33,661 bases of DNA from a virus (taxonomy: Duplodnaviria; Caudoviricetes). This document shows positions 23,707 to 33,638 of this stretch, piece after piece. Position numbers and translations under genes: made by a program. A model generated the notes under the pieces. The model saw only the letters and a list, made by a program, of their open reading frames with translations. It searched no databases and was not told the DNA's origin. Each line of letters starts with the position of its first letter. The stretch's first letter is position 1. The stretch is taken from positions 1 to 33,661 of IMG/VR virus record IMGVR_UViG_3300030376_007572. One strand, 5' to 3'.

Positions 23707-25092
23707 ATGGCTTATTTTAATAATGCATTTAAAAAAGCATTCTTGCTAAAAGACTTAAAAGTTGCTGCTAATGCTGCTACCTGGACAGGTGCCGGAGCTG
23801 CAGGTTTTACAACAGACGCGTTTGTTGGGTTTGATGCAAATGCTGTGAATCCAGGTAATGCGGGATTCTATTTTGCACAAGCAAGTTTTTATGCAAATGA
23901 CAAATTGGGGGATGGAACAAACCCTCATGGTGGTTACAAAGAAACCACTAAATCAAAAATGATGAAGTTAAAACATATTAACAATATGTGGATTACAACT
24001 GCTATTGATGAACAAGTGTACAAGTATACTGTAGAGATTAAACCTACTGCTGCTAGTATGTCATGTTTTCCTTGCGGAGAAGATCCTATATTAAGAATTG
24101 ATGTTAAAGGTGCTGCTGCATTAAGATTGTTAAATCACAATGCTTATGCTTCTTTATCAGGTACTTTACCAGCGTTACAGGATGGACAAATTCATGCTGA
24201 TGGTAGTGGTACAGTAACACATCCTACTAATGGTATTGATATGTGTTGTGTAACACAAGATCCAACTACTAATATAGGTATTGCTCCATCAATTGTTGCT
24301 GCTAACTGGAGAGATCAATTTAATAATGATCCAATCCTTAGTAAATTAGGTACATGTAAACTTGAAGTTAACATTGCTGCTGCCGGATGGACAACTCCAA
24401 CTGATGCTCAAGAAAATATGATATATCAAGGTGGTGCAAAAGGTGTTCAACCAGCATTTATTGGTGCTTCTACTACAGGTAACTGGGCAATTAATGATAC
24501 ATATAGATTGACATTTGAGATGAAATCAAGTTGTGAATTACAAACTGTATTTGGATGTTCATTTGATACTAGAGATTACTACTTAATGGGTGATCTTAAG
24601 GTTGAAGCACAACTACAAGATGAAGCTGGTAGCAATTGTGTAGCTTGCCAAAATTATGTTATTGGTGCTGTAGCTCAAGATTTTAGACAAAGAAGAAACA
24701 GTGCTGAAACTGTTATCCGAGATGTCTTAATGACTGAGAACTACAGACAAAGTCCATTCCAACAAGGTGCAAGAGATAGCTTTAGAAAACGAGAAATTGA
24801 AGGTTCTGATGCTATTATCACTGCAATTGGAAGAGATGATGTAGGCGCAACATGTGAAGGTGAATACATAGGTTATCACATTTTACATAGTGTTCCTAGA
24901 TTCAACAATCCTTCAGGTATGTTTGATAATGATCAGTATCTATATACTATATGGGTACATCATGATTTCGGTGCTTTAGCTGCATGGGAAACTGATTTTT
25001 CAACATTAGCATTTAACAGTGGTATATTTAAAGGCGCAAATGCTGCGGCTGTATTAACTGAACTGAAAACTATAGGTGGTACTTATAGTTAA
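23707..25092 (+). CDS. virion structural protein (possible auxiliary capsid protein)
   Basis: Start ATG 23707 (MAYFNNAF). Has its own promoter motif and terminator, implying high expression; Ala/Gly/Thr/Cys-rich. Confidence 0.65.
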   Translation: MAYFNNAFKKAFLLKDLKVAANAATWTGAGAAGFTTDAFVGFDANAVNPGNAGFYFAQASFYANDKLGDGTNPHGGYKETTKSKMMKLKHINNMWITTAIDEQVYKYTVEIKPTAASMSCFPCGEDPILRIDVKGAAALRLLNHNAYASLSGTLPALQDGQIHADGSGTVTHPTNGIDMCCVTQDPTTNIGIAPSIVAANWRDQFNNDPILSKLGTCKLEVNIAAAGWTTPTDAQENMIYQGGAKGVQPAFIGASTTGNWAINDTYRLTFEMKSSCELQTVFGCSFDTRDYYLMGDLKVEAQLQDEAGSNCVACQNYVIGAVAQDFRQRRNSAETVIRDVLMTENYRQSPFQQGARDSFRKREIEGSDAIITAIGRDDVGATCEGEYIGYHILHSVPRFNNPSGMFDNDQYLYTIWVHHDFGALAAWETDFSTLAFNSGIFKGANAAAVLTELKTIGGTYS

Positions 25093-25114
25093 CAATTAAG
25101 TTAATTAATGCAAT

Positions 25115-25150
25115 AAAAAGGGATGGAGTAATCTATCCCTTTTTTATTTT
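25115..25150 (+). terminator. intrinsic (possibly bidirectional) terminator
   Basis: AAAAAGGGATGGA-GTAA-TCTATCCCTTTTTTATTTT, with a GNRA loop. Confidence 0.85.
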
Positions 25151-25166
25151 CTTTCTTTCCCTATTT

Positions 25167-25183
25167 TTTGTATATTATTAGTA
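25167..25183 (+). promoter_or_regulatory. putative late promoter motif TTTGTATATTATTAGTA
   Basis: Directly after the terminator and 34 nt before ATG 25218. Confidence 0.6.
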
Positions 25184-25217
25184 AGTAGTATACTTTTGTT
25201 ATTTAAATCATATAAAC

Positions 25218-25796
25218 ATGGCGTGTAAACATATATTAAGTCTAGAAGTTCCAAATACATCTAACTGCGATGTATTCACTATTTCAGATGCAAGCACATA
25301 TTGTAAAGATATGCAAGTAGATTGTCCTCAATTAGAAATAACCGCACCAGGTTTTGCATCACCTAAGTTAATTAAAATGAATATTGTAAAAAATGAAACA
25401 GGAGAATGGAACACTTTTGGATCTATAAATTTTAATGCTTGTAATTTGGGTTTAACAACTCAAGACTGTTCATCTACAAGATCTATAGTAGGGGATGGAT
25501 TATATATTATCAAGTATAGCTTATCACCTCATGATAAAGTTTATGTAGAATACAATCATTTAAGAACTTCAGGAATCATGTCTGCATATTATCAAAAACT
25601 TTGTTCATTACAAGTTAAACCTTGTGAACCTTCTTCAGATAAAGTACAGTTATTATCTGAAATGAAATATATAAGAACTTTAATTGATGCAGCAAAAGCA
25701 AAAGTAGAATATTGTAATAGTCCTAATGAAGGAATGGAACTTTATAATTATGCTTATAAAAAGTTAAAGAAGATCACTTGTGAAATTTGTTGTTAA
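25218..25796 (+). CDS. Cys-rich structural protein (possible tail hub/fibre attachment)
   Basis: Ig-like N-half (DGLYIIKYS) plus helical C-half ending CEICC; tail-module position. Confidence 0.6.
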   Translation: MACKHILSLEVPNTSNCDVFTISDASTYCKDMQVDCPQLEITAPGFASPKLIKMNIVKNETGEWNTFGSINFNACNLGLTTQDCSSTRSIVGDGLYIIKYSLSPHDKVYVEYNHLRTSGIMSAYYQKLCSLQVKPCEPSSDKVQLLSEMKYIRTLIDAAKAKVEYCNSPNEGMELYNYAYKKLKKITCEICC

Positions 25797-25799
25797 ATT

Positions 25800-27194
25800 A
25801 TGGCTGCTTCAGAACAGGAATTATTAAAAATAATACAAACAAAGCAAACCTTTGCTGATCTTGCCTATAAAGAATATAGAGCAAGTAAGTATGGTATGAC
25901 TTTCTGCTGCCCATCAAACTTTAATGATCATACTATTGTTAATGAGATATGTGATTGGGAAAATAAAAAAATAGATACCTTATTTGGAAGTGAAACATAT
26001 ACCATGTCAACATGGGATTGGAGTAATTGGATAACTCAAGGAGGAACTCAACCTCCTAATTTTGTTAGAAGAGTTACTAATGTAAATGCTCCAACTTGGC
26101 AAAAAGGACATGGGTGGGTTCAAAGAAATACCCCTTTTGGTTCTAACTTTGTAGGTGCTGGTTGGTATGATAGTTTATTTATTGCTAGATCAGGAGCAGA
26201 AGCAAATGATATGACAATAACAGTAACAGCATCTCAACTTGATGGCTCAACTGCATGGAATGATCCAGACAAACCTACTGTCATTAGAAATAAAAGTAGA
26301 ATTTATGTTGTTTGTAATTTACACGATCAAGGTGGTATAAATTTATCAACAGATCCTCTCAGTGAAATTAACAGAAGTCATGATAGACAACAATTGACTA
26401 GACCTACTGGTAGTACTGCTACTTTAAAGTGGTTATTAATGTTTGATGATTGGATACTTTTAAATCCTGATACTAATTTAGTACCAGCAAGTGGAGATTT
26501 TGTAACAAAAATTAGAGAGAATACTAACAGTACTTTTGGAACAGGTGGAGGTTATAAGAATGGTGCAAATAAAAGTGATACTATATTTATAATTATTGAT
26601 ACTATGGGAGATGGTTTAAAAAGTTCAAATCTTGCTGCTAATGATCCTGATACTAGAATTGGAATATTATTTTGGAATACTACTTCAGGTTCTTTTATAA
26701 ATAACGGAATGGGGGCTCAAACATTTTCACAAGGGTCATCTCAAACAATAGATAGTTCAGGAACTAATAAGCCAACAGGCAGTAGTCAATTTTTTATATA
26801 TGAGCCTAGTAGCGGTAATGCAAGAGCTTCTACACAATTTTGGAATACAGATTATTATGGTAATTATGTGGAAGGTATAAGTCCATACTGGCCTTATAGA
26901 GAAGCTTGGAATTGTAAAGAAGATGCTGAAGGAATAATAGTTGAAGTAAAAGATAGTTTAGGAAATTTTGTAAAAGATTATCCTGTAATAATAGATAACA
27001 AATATGTTGGTAAAACGGATTCAGCAGGGATGTTTTATCATACAATTTTAGACGCTAGTAATGATACTAAACATATGATAAATTGTAAGTGCTTTACTAC
27101 AACGGGTGGATGTGATCAACAGCTAATACAAATAGTAACTACAACTAACCCGTTAAAACCTACATGTACCAATAAGGCAATAGATTGTCTTTAA
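25800..27194 (+). CDS. tail-associated protein with C-terminal carboxypeptidase-regulatory/PEGA-like beta domain
   Basis: VEVKDSLGNFVKDYPVIIDNKYVGKTDSAG motif; Cys clusters at both ends; Trp/Gly/Ser/Thr-rich centre. Confidence 0.6.
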   Translation: MAASEQELLKIIQTKQTFADLAYKEYRASKYGMTFCCPSNFNDHTIVNEICDWENKKIDTLFGSETYTMSTWDWSNWITQGGTQPPNFVRRVTNVNAPTWQKGHGWVQRNTPFGSNFVGAGWYDSLFIARSGAEANDMTITVTASQLDGSTAWNDPDKPTVIRNKSRIYVVCNLHDQGGINLSTDPLSEINRSHDRQQLTRPTGSTATLKWLLMFDDWILLNPDTNLVPASGDFVTKIRENTNSTFGTGGGYKNGANKSDTIFIIIDTMGDGLKSSNLAANDPDTRIGILFWNTTSGSFINNGMGAQTFSQGSSQTIDSSGTNKPTGSSQFFIYEPSSGNARASTQFWNTDYYGNYVEGISPYWPYREAWNCKEDAEGIIVEVKDSLGNFVKDYPVIIDNKYVGKTDSAGMFYHTILDASNDTKHMINCKCFTTTGGCDQQLIQIVTTTNPLKPTCTNKAIDCL

Positions 27195-27224
27195 TAGATA
27201 ACAACTTGGTTGTTTATTAATAAA

Positions 27225-27242
27225 TTTGTATATTATATTGTA
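27225..27242 (+). promoter_or_regulatory. putative late promoter motif TTTGTATATTATATTGTA
   Basis: Lies after an AT-rich hairpin (27191-27220) and 36 nt before ATG 27279. Confidence 0.6.
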
Positions 27243-27278
27243 CACGTGTATTAATTTACAATTGTAAAAAAAAGATTT

Positions 27279-30200
27279 ATGATACCTAATAATTCAAGTA
27301 ACACTAATGGATGTAACCCAATATCATCCAATTGCGTAGTATGGCAAGGTCCAGACATTCCATGTTTGGAATTATGCAACGGTGCCACTGTAAGTGACGT
27401 TGTAGCTTTATTGGCTGAACAAATATGTGCTTCTCTTGGTGTACCTATGCGTAGTGATGATCCAAATGCCCCTATTACTGTTGTATCTACTCCAGGAGGA
27501 GAAACAACAATAAATAACACTACCGTAGCTGTTGACATTAGTAGTATTGTACAAAAATGTATTTCTCAAGATAATGGACGTAATGCAGAAAGTATTCAGG
27601 AATTACTTCAATGGATGATTGATAGAATTTGTGCAGATGATCAAGTACAAGCTGAAATAGCTGCGCAAGATCCTTGTGCATTTGCAACATCTTGTACACT
27701 ACCTCTTCCAAAATGTATGGAATATACAGTAGGTGGTTTTAGTACAAGAGCTGCTACAGGTCCAGGTACAGGTCTTGCAGGTCCCTCTTCTAATCTTGCT
27801 ACTGCTGCTACAGCAACAGACAACGTTCAAGGAGGAACATTAATTACTGAAGAAGTTTTATATGATGAATCCACTAATTCAGGATGGATTGTAACAGTAG
27901 GTAATTATGTTTGTGGTTTATATAATTCAATTCAAAGTTTTCAAAATACTTTAGATAACCATGAACAAAGAATAACACATATAGAAAATAATTGTTGTGG
28001 CGGAACTCAAATTAATACAACTACAGCTACTGCAACTACAATTGATGGAAGACCTCCTGTAAGTACAATTGGTTCAGGAAATCCAACTACAAATACAAAT
28101 ACTCCTGGTACATTAAAATCAGGTCAAAGAAGATCTGGAGCAAATGAAGTTGCAGAACAAGTTATATCAAAATATTTAAGAAATGGAGTAGTAACAGCCG
28201 GTACATTAGCTGTTGCTGTTGAAAAAGAATATTATGAATTACGTAGAGCAACAGGATCTGCAACAGAATTAAGAAAATCAATTACGTATCAACAAACTGG
28301 TCTAGCTGCAGAAGATAGATTAAATGGTAAAGGAACAATGGGTATTGCTCCTGGATTTAAAGCAAGTCCTGCTACTATTGCTGATACTATACAAAATTTA
28401 TGGATAACTACAAATGACATGAGAAATGCTCTTGTTAATATGCAATCAATGGTTATGCCAACAAATTGTTCAGAATTAATATTTGACGTACAAGCTAATA
28501 TTGTATATACTACTGCTAATATCTTTAGTTATTTACATCTTGATTTTACTGGTTGTGAAATCCCACCAGGTTGGACTGATTGTCATAAATCAGATAAAAC
28601 AAAAATGACCATCCAAGATTCATCATTTAACTTTGTTACAAAGTATTATGATGTTTCTGGTAATTATCAAAATAACTCAGCAGGTGTACAATTAAATGCT
28701 TCTGAGTTACCTAATATAGATATAACAAGTAATTTAGTTGTTAAAGTTCAATTTAATGTTTGTAATGAAGGAAACAACTGTGGAGAAACTATAAGTACTA
28801 CAGCTATTGCAACACAACCTTGTCCTACATTAAGTGGAAGTACGGTAACGGAAAGTTCAATTACATTTGCATATGGTGCTGTAGAATTTCCTTCAGGTGG
28901 TTTTGTTACAGTATCATTATTAAATGCTCTGGGATCTACTTTACAAAGTGTAAACTTCCAAAGCTGGTCTAATGGTCTTAATGGTAGCTTTACAGGATTA
29001 ACTGCAGGAACAACATATGCATTACAAGTATCATATACAAATAAAGGAACAGGTGTATCAGAAACTTGTCCTTGGGATAAATTAATGACAAAGGCTCCAT
29101 CTTGTTTGAATCAACATGCAATTACAGCAACCTCTTTAGAAACTGATTTTCAATCAGGAGCTAATACTTTAGAATTAGGTGCTTACTATGTTGATGCTTC
29201 TACTCCTATAAAAAGATGGGTGGCAGGATTTAATAGTTCTAACTTTCCTATATTTGGCGAACTAACAACTGAAACAGTACCTGCTATTGCATGGACTCAT
29301 TATGGTGAGTTTGTTTCTGATAATCCTACAGAAGCTATTTATTGTGGAACTAAATCATTTACTGCTACAGGAATGACTACAGCAATGGAAAATAGTGGTT
29401 GGAAGTATGTAGGAAATCTTACAGATCCAATTGGAAATATCTTTAGAGTTTTTGCTTTAGTAAATTCAGATCTACATTTAATAAGAGAGGTTGTATTCTG
29501 CTGTACATGTAATCAATTAACTCTTACTAATGATACACACTTTGGAGTTAATTATTGTGCTTCAGGTGCTCAAGTTGATTGTAAAGTTGATATAATTGGA
29601 GATGTTTCAAGTACAGTTGTAACTCCAAGCTTTAATATACTTGTTCAACCAAATCATGGTACTGTAAGTTATTCTGAAACTAATTCAACTGAAACTCAAG
29701 GATGTTTTACATATCAACATAATGGTGATTCAGGATTTGTTTCAGATTCATTTTTAGTACAATATAAAAATGCATGTGGAAAGTCAAATCAATTAAGCGT
29801 TCCAATTGTAAGAGCAATGCCAGTTAAATTAACAGATGCTCCTATTGTAGTATTTGTTGATGCAAATTCATTTGTTGGTTCTGAAGCTCTTAAAATTAAA
29901 GCTTCAATGCTACAAATGTATAGTGCATTACAAACAACTTGTAATTATAACGGTTCAATTTACTTTATTGGTGTAACAGGAAGTAATTCAGGTGATTATA
30001 TAAAACATCTAAAATCTTGTGTTGAGGGTGTAGCAATGGGAGCAACACCTAGTATAAGTATAGCTTCAGGAGGTGATTGGGATACGTTCTTAGATAAACC
30101 TGACTACTGGAAAGGATCACATTCTCATCTTCCAGCAGCAGTAACTATATTCTCATTTATAAATCAAACTAATTCAAATGCAAATTATGGAGGAGCTAAT

Positions 30201-31103
30201 TTAGCTGCAGGATGGGCAGGACAGCCTACAAGTAATGCATACGCAGGTGTACCGCCTTATTATAAAGAGGACTACTCAGCTGTTATAGATATTTTTGATG
30301 GTAAATCTAGTTCTAAATGGGCAGTTGATGAGCAAGCTAAATCAGGAGCTACTTGGAAAGCTGGATCAATACCGTTTAAGTTTAGCCACATATTAGTTAA
30401 CATGGCAACAGGTACTATAAATGAAAGTGCGGCTTCAATGTTACAAACATTAGGAGCATTAAAAGGAGCAACAATGAGTAAAGAAGAAATAATAGGTGCT
30501 CATACAGGAGGTGTTCAATTCCCAATTGCATTACAAAGTTATATACAAACAGGTATGGGTTCAAATCCATATACAGGTAATGATACGGGAACACCAGCTA
30601 ATGCAATAGTAGGATTAGCTAAATTGCAATATGCATGTCACTTATATTTCCAAAATGGAATAGACTGGAGCTTAACGAACGGTGGTGTTAAAAGAGCATT
30701 CTTAGCAATGCTAGGAATTACTGCGGGATCAAATTATCTTTGCGTTACACAAGGAACTCATCCACGAGTAGGTAGTACTAACTTTGCGTTTAAAGCTCAT
30801 GATGCTGCAGATACTAATACTGTTAATGCTGCAGAAACATGTACATTAGCACAAACACCTGCTAACTTACAATATCCAATATATTGTTCAACAGGTGGCA
30901 TGTTTGATGCAAATGTAAAAGCTTATAGTACACCATCAGGTTCAACAAATGCTCAAGCTGAATATGAATTGGCAGCTGGATGGTATGCAGTAGGTCCAGG
31001 ATGTAATACAGCACCTAGTACTGCTGTTAAGGTAGCAAAATATAATCCTACTGGAGGAGTAGGGAATTATTGGCAATTTACAACAAACTGTCAAGCATGT
31101 TAA
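27279..31103 (+). CDS. large Cys-rich tail fibre/spike-like protein with FN3 and Ig/cadherin-like domains
   Basis: 1274 aa. FN3 signature FTGLTAGTTYALQV, Big/cadherin-like VQPNHGTV...FTYQH...DSF, a short coiled coil and many Cys. Confidence 0.7.
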   Translation: MIPNNSSNTNGCNPISSNCVVWQGPDIPCLELCNGATVSDVVALLAEQICASLGVPMRSDDPNAPITVVSTPGGETTINNTTVAVDISSIVQKCISQDNGRNAESIQELLQWMIDRICADDQVQAEIAAQDPCAFATSCTLPLPKCMEYTVGGFSTRAATGPGTGLAGPSSNLATAATATDNVQGGTLITEEVLYDESTNSGWIVTVGNYVCGLYNSIQSFQNTLDNHEQRITHIENNCCGGTQINTTTATATTIDGRPPVSTIGSGNPTTNTNTPGTLKSGQRRSGANEVAEQVISKYLRNGVVTAGTLAVAVEKEYYELRRATGSATELRKSITYQQTGLAAEDRLNGKGTMGIAPGFKASPATIADTIQNLWITTNDMRNALVNMQSMVMPTNCSELIFDVQANIVYTTANIFSYLHLDFTGCEIPPGWTDCHKSDKTKMTIQDSSFNFVTKYYDVSGNYQNNSAGVQLNASELPNIDITSNLVVKVQFNVCNEGNNCGETISTTAIATQPCPTLSGSTVTESSITFAYGAVEFPSGGFVTVSLLNALGSTLQSVNFQSWSNGLNGSFTGLTAGTTYALQVSYTNKGTGVSETCPWDKLMTKAPSCLNQHAITATSLETDFQSGANTLELGAYYVDASTPIKRWVAGFNSSNFPIFGELTTETVPAIAWTHYGEFVSDNPTEAIYCGTKSFTATGMTTAMENSGWKYVGNLTDPIGNIFRVFALVNSDLHLIREVVFCCTCNQLTLTNDTHFGVNYCASGAQVDCKVDIIGDVSSTVVTPSFNILVQPNHGTVSYSETNSTETQGCFTYQHNGDSGFVSDSFLVQYKNACGKSNQLSVPIVRAMPVKLTDAPIVVFVDANSFVGSEALKIKASMLQMYSALQTTCNYNGSIYFIGVTGSNSGDYIKHLKSCVEGVAMGATPSISIASGGDWDTFLDKPDYWKGSHSHLPAAVTIFSFINQTNSNANYGGANLAAGWAGQPTSNAYAGVPPYYKEDYSAVIDIFDGKSSSKWAVDEQAKSGATWKAGSIPFKFSHILVNMATGTINESAASMLQTLGALKGATMSKEEIIGAHTGGVQFPIALQSYIQTGMGSNPYTGNDTGTPANAIVGLAKLQYACHLYFQNGIDWSLTNGGVKRAFLAMLGITAGSNYLCVTQGTHPRVGSTNFAFKAHDAADTNTVNAAETCTLAQTPANLQYPIYCSTGGMFDANVKAYSTPSGSTNAQAEYELAAGWYAVGPGCNTAPSTAVKVAKYNPTGGVGNYWQFTTNCQAC

Positions 31104-31122
31104 ATAATTAAAATGAAAAGAA

Positions 31123-31722
31123 ATGGCTTGTAATTTATGTGGAAATACTAATTCAAATCCTTGTGCTTGTCAAGATCATGCACTAACTACACCTTGTTCA
31201 TATACAGATTGTGTAAGTGTTCCTGATCAAAGTCCTTATGTAAATAGAGTTGCACATCCTGAACATTGTTCAGAAGTTAATTGCACAGATTGTATAGCAT
31301 ATTGTAGAAGTAGTTATCAAATAGGAGGTTCTCCAAACTGGTTAACTGTAAACAAAGGAGATAAATTAGATACTGTTATTCAAAGAATGATGATCTACAT
31401 GACAACTCCAACATGTTATGCTATAGCAATTCCTCACATATGGCATGATCCTGCATATACAACAGGAACTGCAATTAAAATAAATTGGGATAGTGTTCCT
31501 GGAGCAGTAACAACAGTAGATGTTCAATATGCTACTATAAACTCAACAACTTGGACAACAGATAATACAACAACTATAAACCCAACAACTGCAATATCTT
31601 GGACAATTGGATCATCTACTCCACTAATGCCTAATACGGCATATAAGATTAGATTAAGAAGTACTGATAATAGTAATGTTTGTTATTCAGTTGAGCTATT
31701 GGTTACTACAGGTAATAACTAA
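31123..31722 (+). CDS. Cys-rich protein with C-terminal FN3 domain (fibre-associated)
   Basis: IKINWDSVPG...VQY...LMPNTAYKIRLRS FN3 signature; Cys-rich N-terminus. Confidence 0.75.
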   Translation: MACNLCGNTNSNPCACQDHALTTPCSYTDCVSVPDQSPYVNRVAHPEHCSEVNCTDCIAYCRSSYQIGGSPNWLTVNKGDKLDTVIQRMMIYMTTPTCYAIAIPHIWHDPAYTTGTAIKINWDSVPGAVTTVDVQYATINSTTWTTDNTTTINPTTAISWTIGSSTPLMPNTAYKIRLRSTDNSNVCYSVELLVTTGNN

Positions 31723-31771
31723 AATATAACGAGAAGTAGAGATTTTTGTTGGTTTTAACTCTACCATCGTG

Positions 31772-31803
31772 GAAGGCCCAGAATTCTCTGGGCTTTCTTT
31801 TTT
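31772..31803 (+). terminator. intrinsic terminator
   Basis: GAAGGCCCAGA-ATTC-TCTGGGCTTTC-TTTTTT. Confidence 0.85.
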
Positions 31804-31851
31804 TATATATTTTTTGTATATTGCCAACAATTTAATCAAAATAAATAAAAT

Positions 31852-33060
31852 ATGTCTTTAAAAGAACAAGTGAAAAACGCACTTAAATGGAAAAAAAATT
31901 CAGAATATTGTTCAGAAAAATTAGGTATAACAGAAGAAGCATTTGATAAAATCAAAAAAGAAATTCAAGCAGAAGGAAGGGAGAAAAGAAAAGAAGAAAA
32001 AGAAATGGGATATGTAACAGAGGATTGCACATCTTCATTTGATATGGAAACAGGTCAAGGAAAAATTTCTGGTATATCTCAAACAGAACCTAAGTCTCCA
32101 GAAGAAATTATAAAAATATTAAACATTGATACAACAAAGTGGAAACTTTCTCAATATTGGAATAAACAAATGTCAGATCATTGGCGCATATCTGCTTTAA
32201 TTACTAAACTTAAAAATGATGATTCAGCTCATATAGAAGAGTTAATTAAAAATTGGAAACCTAAAAAGTTTGCTCCAGTTAAAAGAATTAAAACAGAAGG
32301 TAAAAAAGAAGTGGGTGCTGTTTTATCCTTACAAGATATTCATTTTGGAAAACAAGGTAATGAAACTATAGATATAGATTTTGAAGAAACTATAAAGGAT
32401 CTTGTAGAAAGAGCAAGTGCAGGTCATTCTATTAAAAGGATGTACTATGTAGTAGGGGGTGATTTGATGAATATGGATACCTGGGCTGGCACAACTACTA
32501 GTGGTACACCATTAGATAACTGTTCTACTGCTACAGAGGCTTACACGCAAGCTTTTGATGCTCTACATTGGAGTATTAATTTTATTAAACAGTATTGTCA
32601 TGAACTCTATATAGTATACATTCCAGGTAATCATGATAGATTATCATCATTTCATTTGGCTCATGCTTTATCTAGATCTATAAATGATCCTAACATTATA
32701 TGGGATACAGAATATTTAGAAAGAAAGGTCTACATATGGGGTGATAACTTTTTTGCATTTGAACATGGAGATGTTAATACTAAAAATTCACTTTTACTTT
32801 ATGCTACAGAATTTCCTTCAGAATGGGGTGTAACTAAAAATAGAACTTTATTTACAGGACATTTACACCATAAGAAAAAAGTAGAATATATCACCACAAA
32901 TGAACGTACAGGCTTTATGCTTAAGATACTTCCAAGTCTTTCTAGAACAGACTATTGGCATTATCATAACAAATTTGTAGGGTCAAAAAGATCAGGTGTA
33001 ATAGAATTACATGATTATAAGAAAGGAAATATATGTGAATTAACTTATTGTCCAGATTAA
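31852..33060 (+). CDS. calcineurin-like metallophosphoesterase with N-terminal HTH-like extension
   Basis: DIHFG, GGDLMNMD, PGNHD, HGD and GHLH motifs. Confidence 0.88.
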   Translation: MSLKEQVKNALKWKKNSEYCSEKLGITEEAFDKIKKEIQAEGREKRKEEKEMGYVTEDCTSSFDMETGQGKISGISQTEPKSPEEIIKILNIDTTKWKLSQYWNKQMSDHWRISALITKLKNDDSAHIEELIKNWKPKKFAPVKRIKTEGKKEVGAVLSLQDIHFGKQGNETIDIDFEETIKDLVERASAGHSIKRMYYVVGGDLMNMDTWAGTTTSGTPLDNCSTATEAYTQAFDALHWSINFIKQYCHELYIVYIPGNHDRLSSFHLAHALSRSINDPNIIWDTEYLERKVYIWGDNFFAFEHGDVNTKNSLLLYATEFPSEWGVTKNRTLFTGHLHHKKKVEYITTNERTGFMLKILPSLSRTDYWHYHNKFVGSKRSGVIELHDYKKGNICELTYCPD

Positions 33061-33095
33061 TCTATTTAGTTTAAACTTTTATTAATCCTCTTTTT

Positions 33096-33113
33096 TTTGT
33101 AAATTATAATGTA
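33096..33113 (+). promoter_or_regulatory. putative late promoter motif TTTGTAAATTATAATGTA
   Basis: Variant of the recurrent motif just upstream of ATG 33123. Confidence 0.5.
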
Positions 33114-33122
33114 TAGTGCTAT

Positions 33123-33638
33123 ATGATTAACAACTTTAAAATACCAAATTTAAACGCACCTAGATATAGGGAAAAAGTATTTGGTGTTCTTAATGCAGAA
33201 ACTATAAAGGAATTTAAAGATAAATATCCTGCATATGAACAAATAAATAATGAGAAGTTAAAGAATATAATTAAAGTTTATAATAAAAAACTTTGGGAAG
33301 CTGTAATAGAAAACAGAGATGGTGTAGAGCTTCCAGATTCTTTAGGTTATTTATTTATAGGAACATGTCCTGCTGCTAAAAGTGTTAATACTAATTATGC
33401 ATTATCAAGACAGTACGGGAAAGTTTTGCAGAATAAAAACTGGGAAACTGACGGAAAGATTGCTAAAATATTCTACACAAATCTATCAACAAAATATAGA
33501 TTTAGAAATAGAGAGTTATGGCAATTTAAAGCTGTTAGACAATTTAAGAGGTCTGTAGCAAAAACTTATCCAGAAAAATGGAATAAATACATTATAATGG
33601 AAAGTAAAAAAAGAGTTGCAGATATGTATAAAAAATAA
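33123..33638 (+). CDS. basic DNA-binding protein, divergent HU/IHF-like
   Basis: LKNIIKVYNKKLWEAVIENRDGVELPDSLGYLFI and a late F....R.FKR.V segment resemble the HU fold with an extended arm. Confidence 0.55.
   Translation: MINNFKIPNLNAPRYREKVFGVLNAETIKEFKDKYPAYEQINNEKLKNIIKVYNKKLWEAVIENRDGVELPDSLGYLFIGTCPAAKSVNTNYALSRQYGKVLQNKNWETDGKIAKIFYTNLSTKYRFRNRELWQFKAVRQFKRSVAKTYPEKWNKYIIMESKKRVADMYKK

Noticed and set aside
1166-27823. Other nested or antisense track ORFs (1166, 1920, 2237, 2930, 4343, 4966, 5904, 8540, 10318, 18164, 18235, 19392, 19724, 26830, 27251, 27641)
   Set aside because: Each lies within or opposite a better-supported gene and has shadow-frame composition.
27279-31722. Diversity-generating retroelement targeting the fibre genes
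   Set aside because: No reverse transcriptase and no template/variable repeat pair visible in this window.
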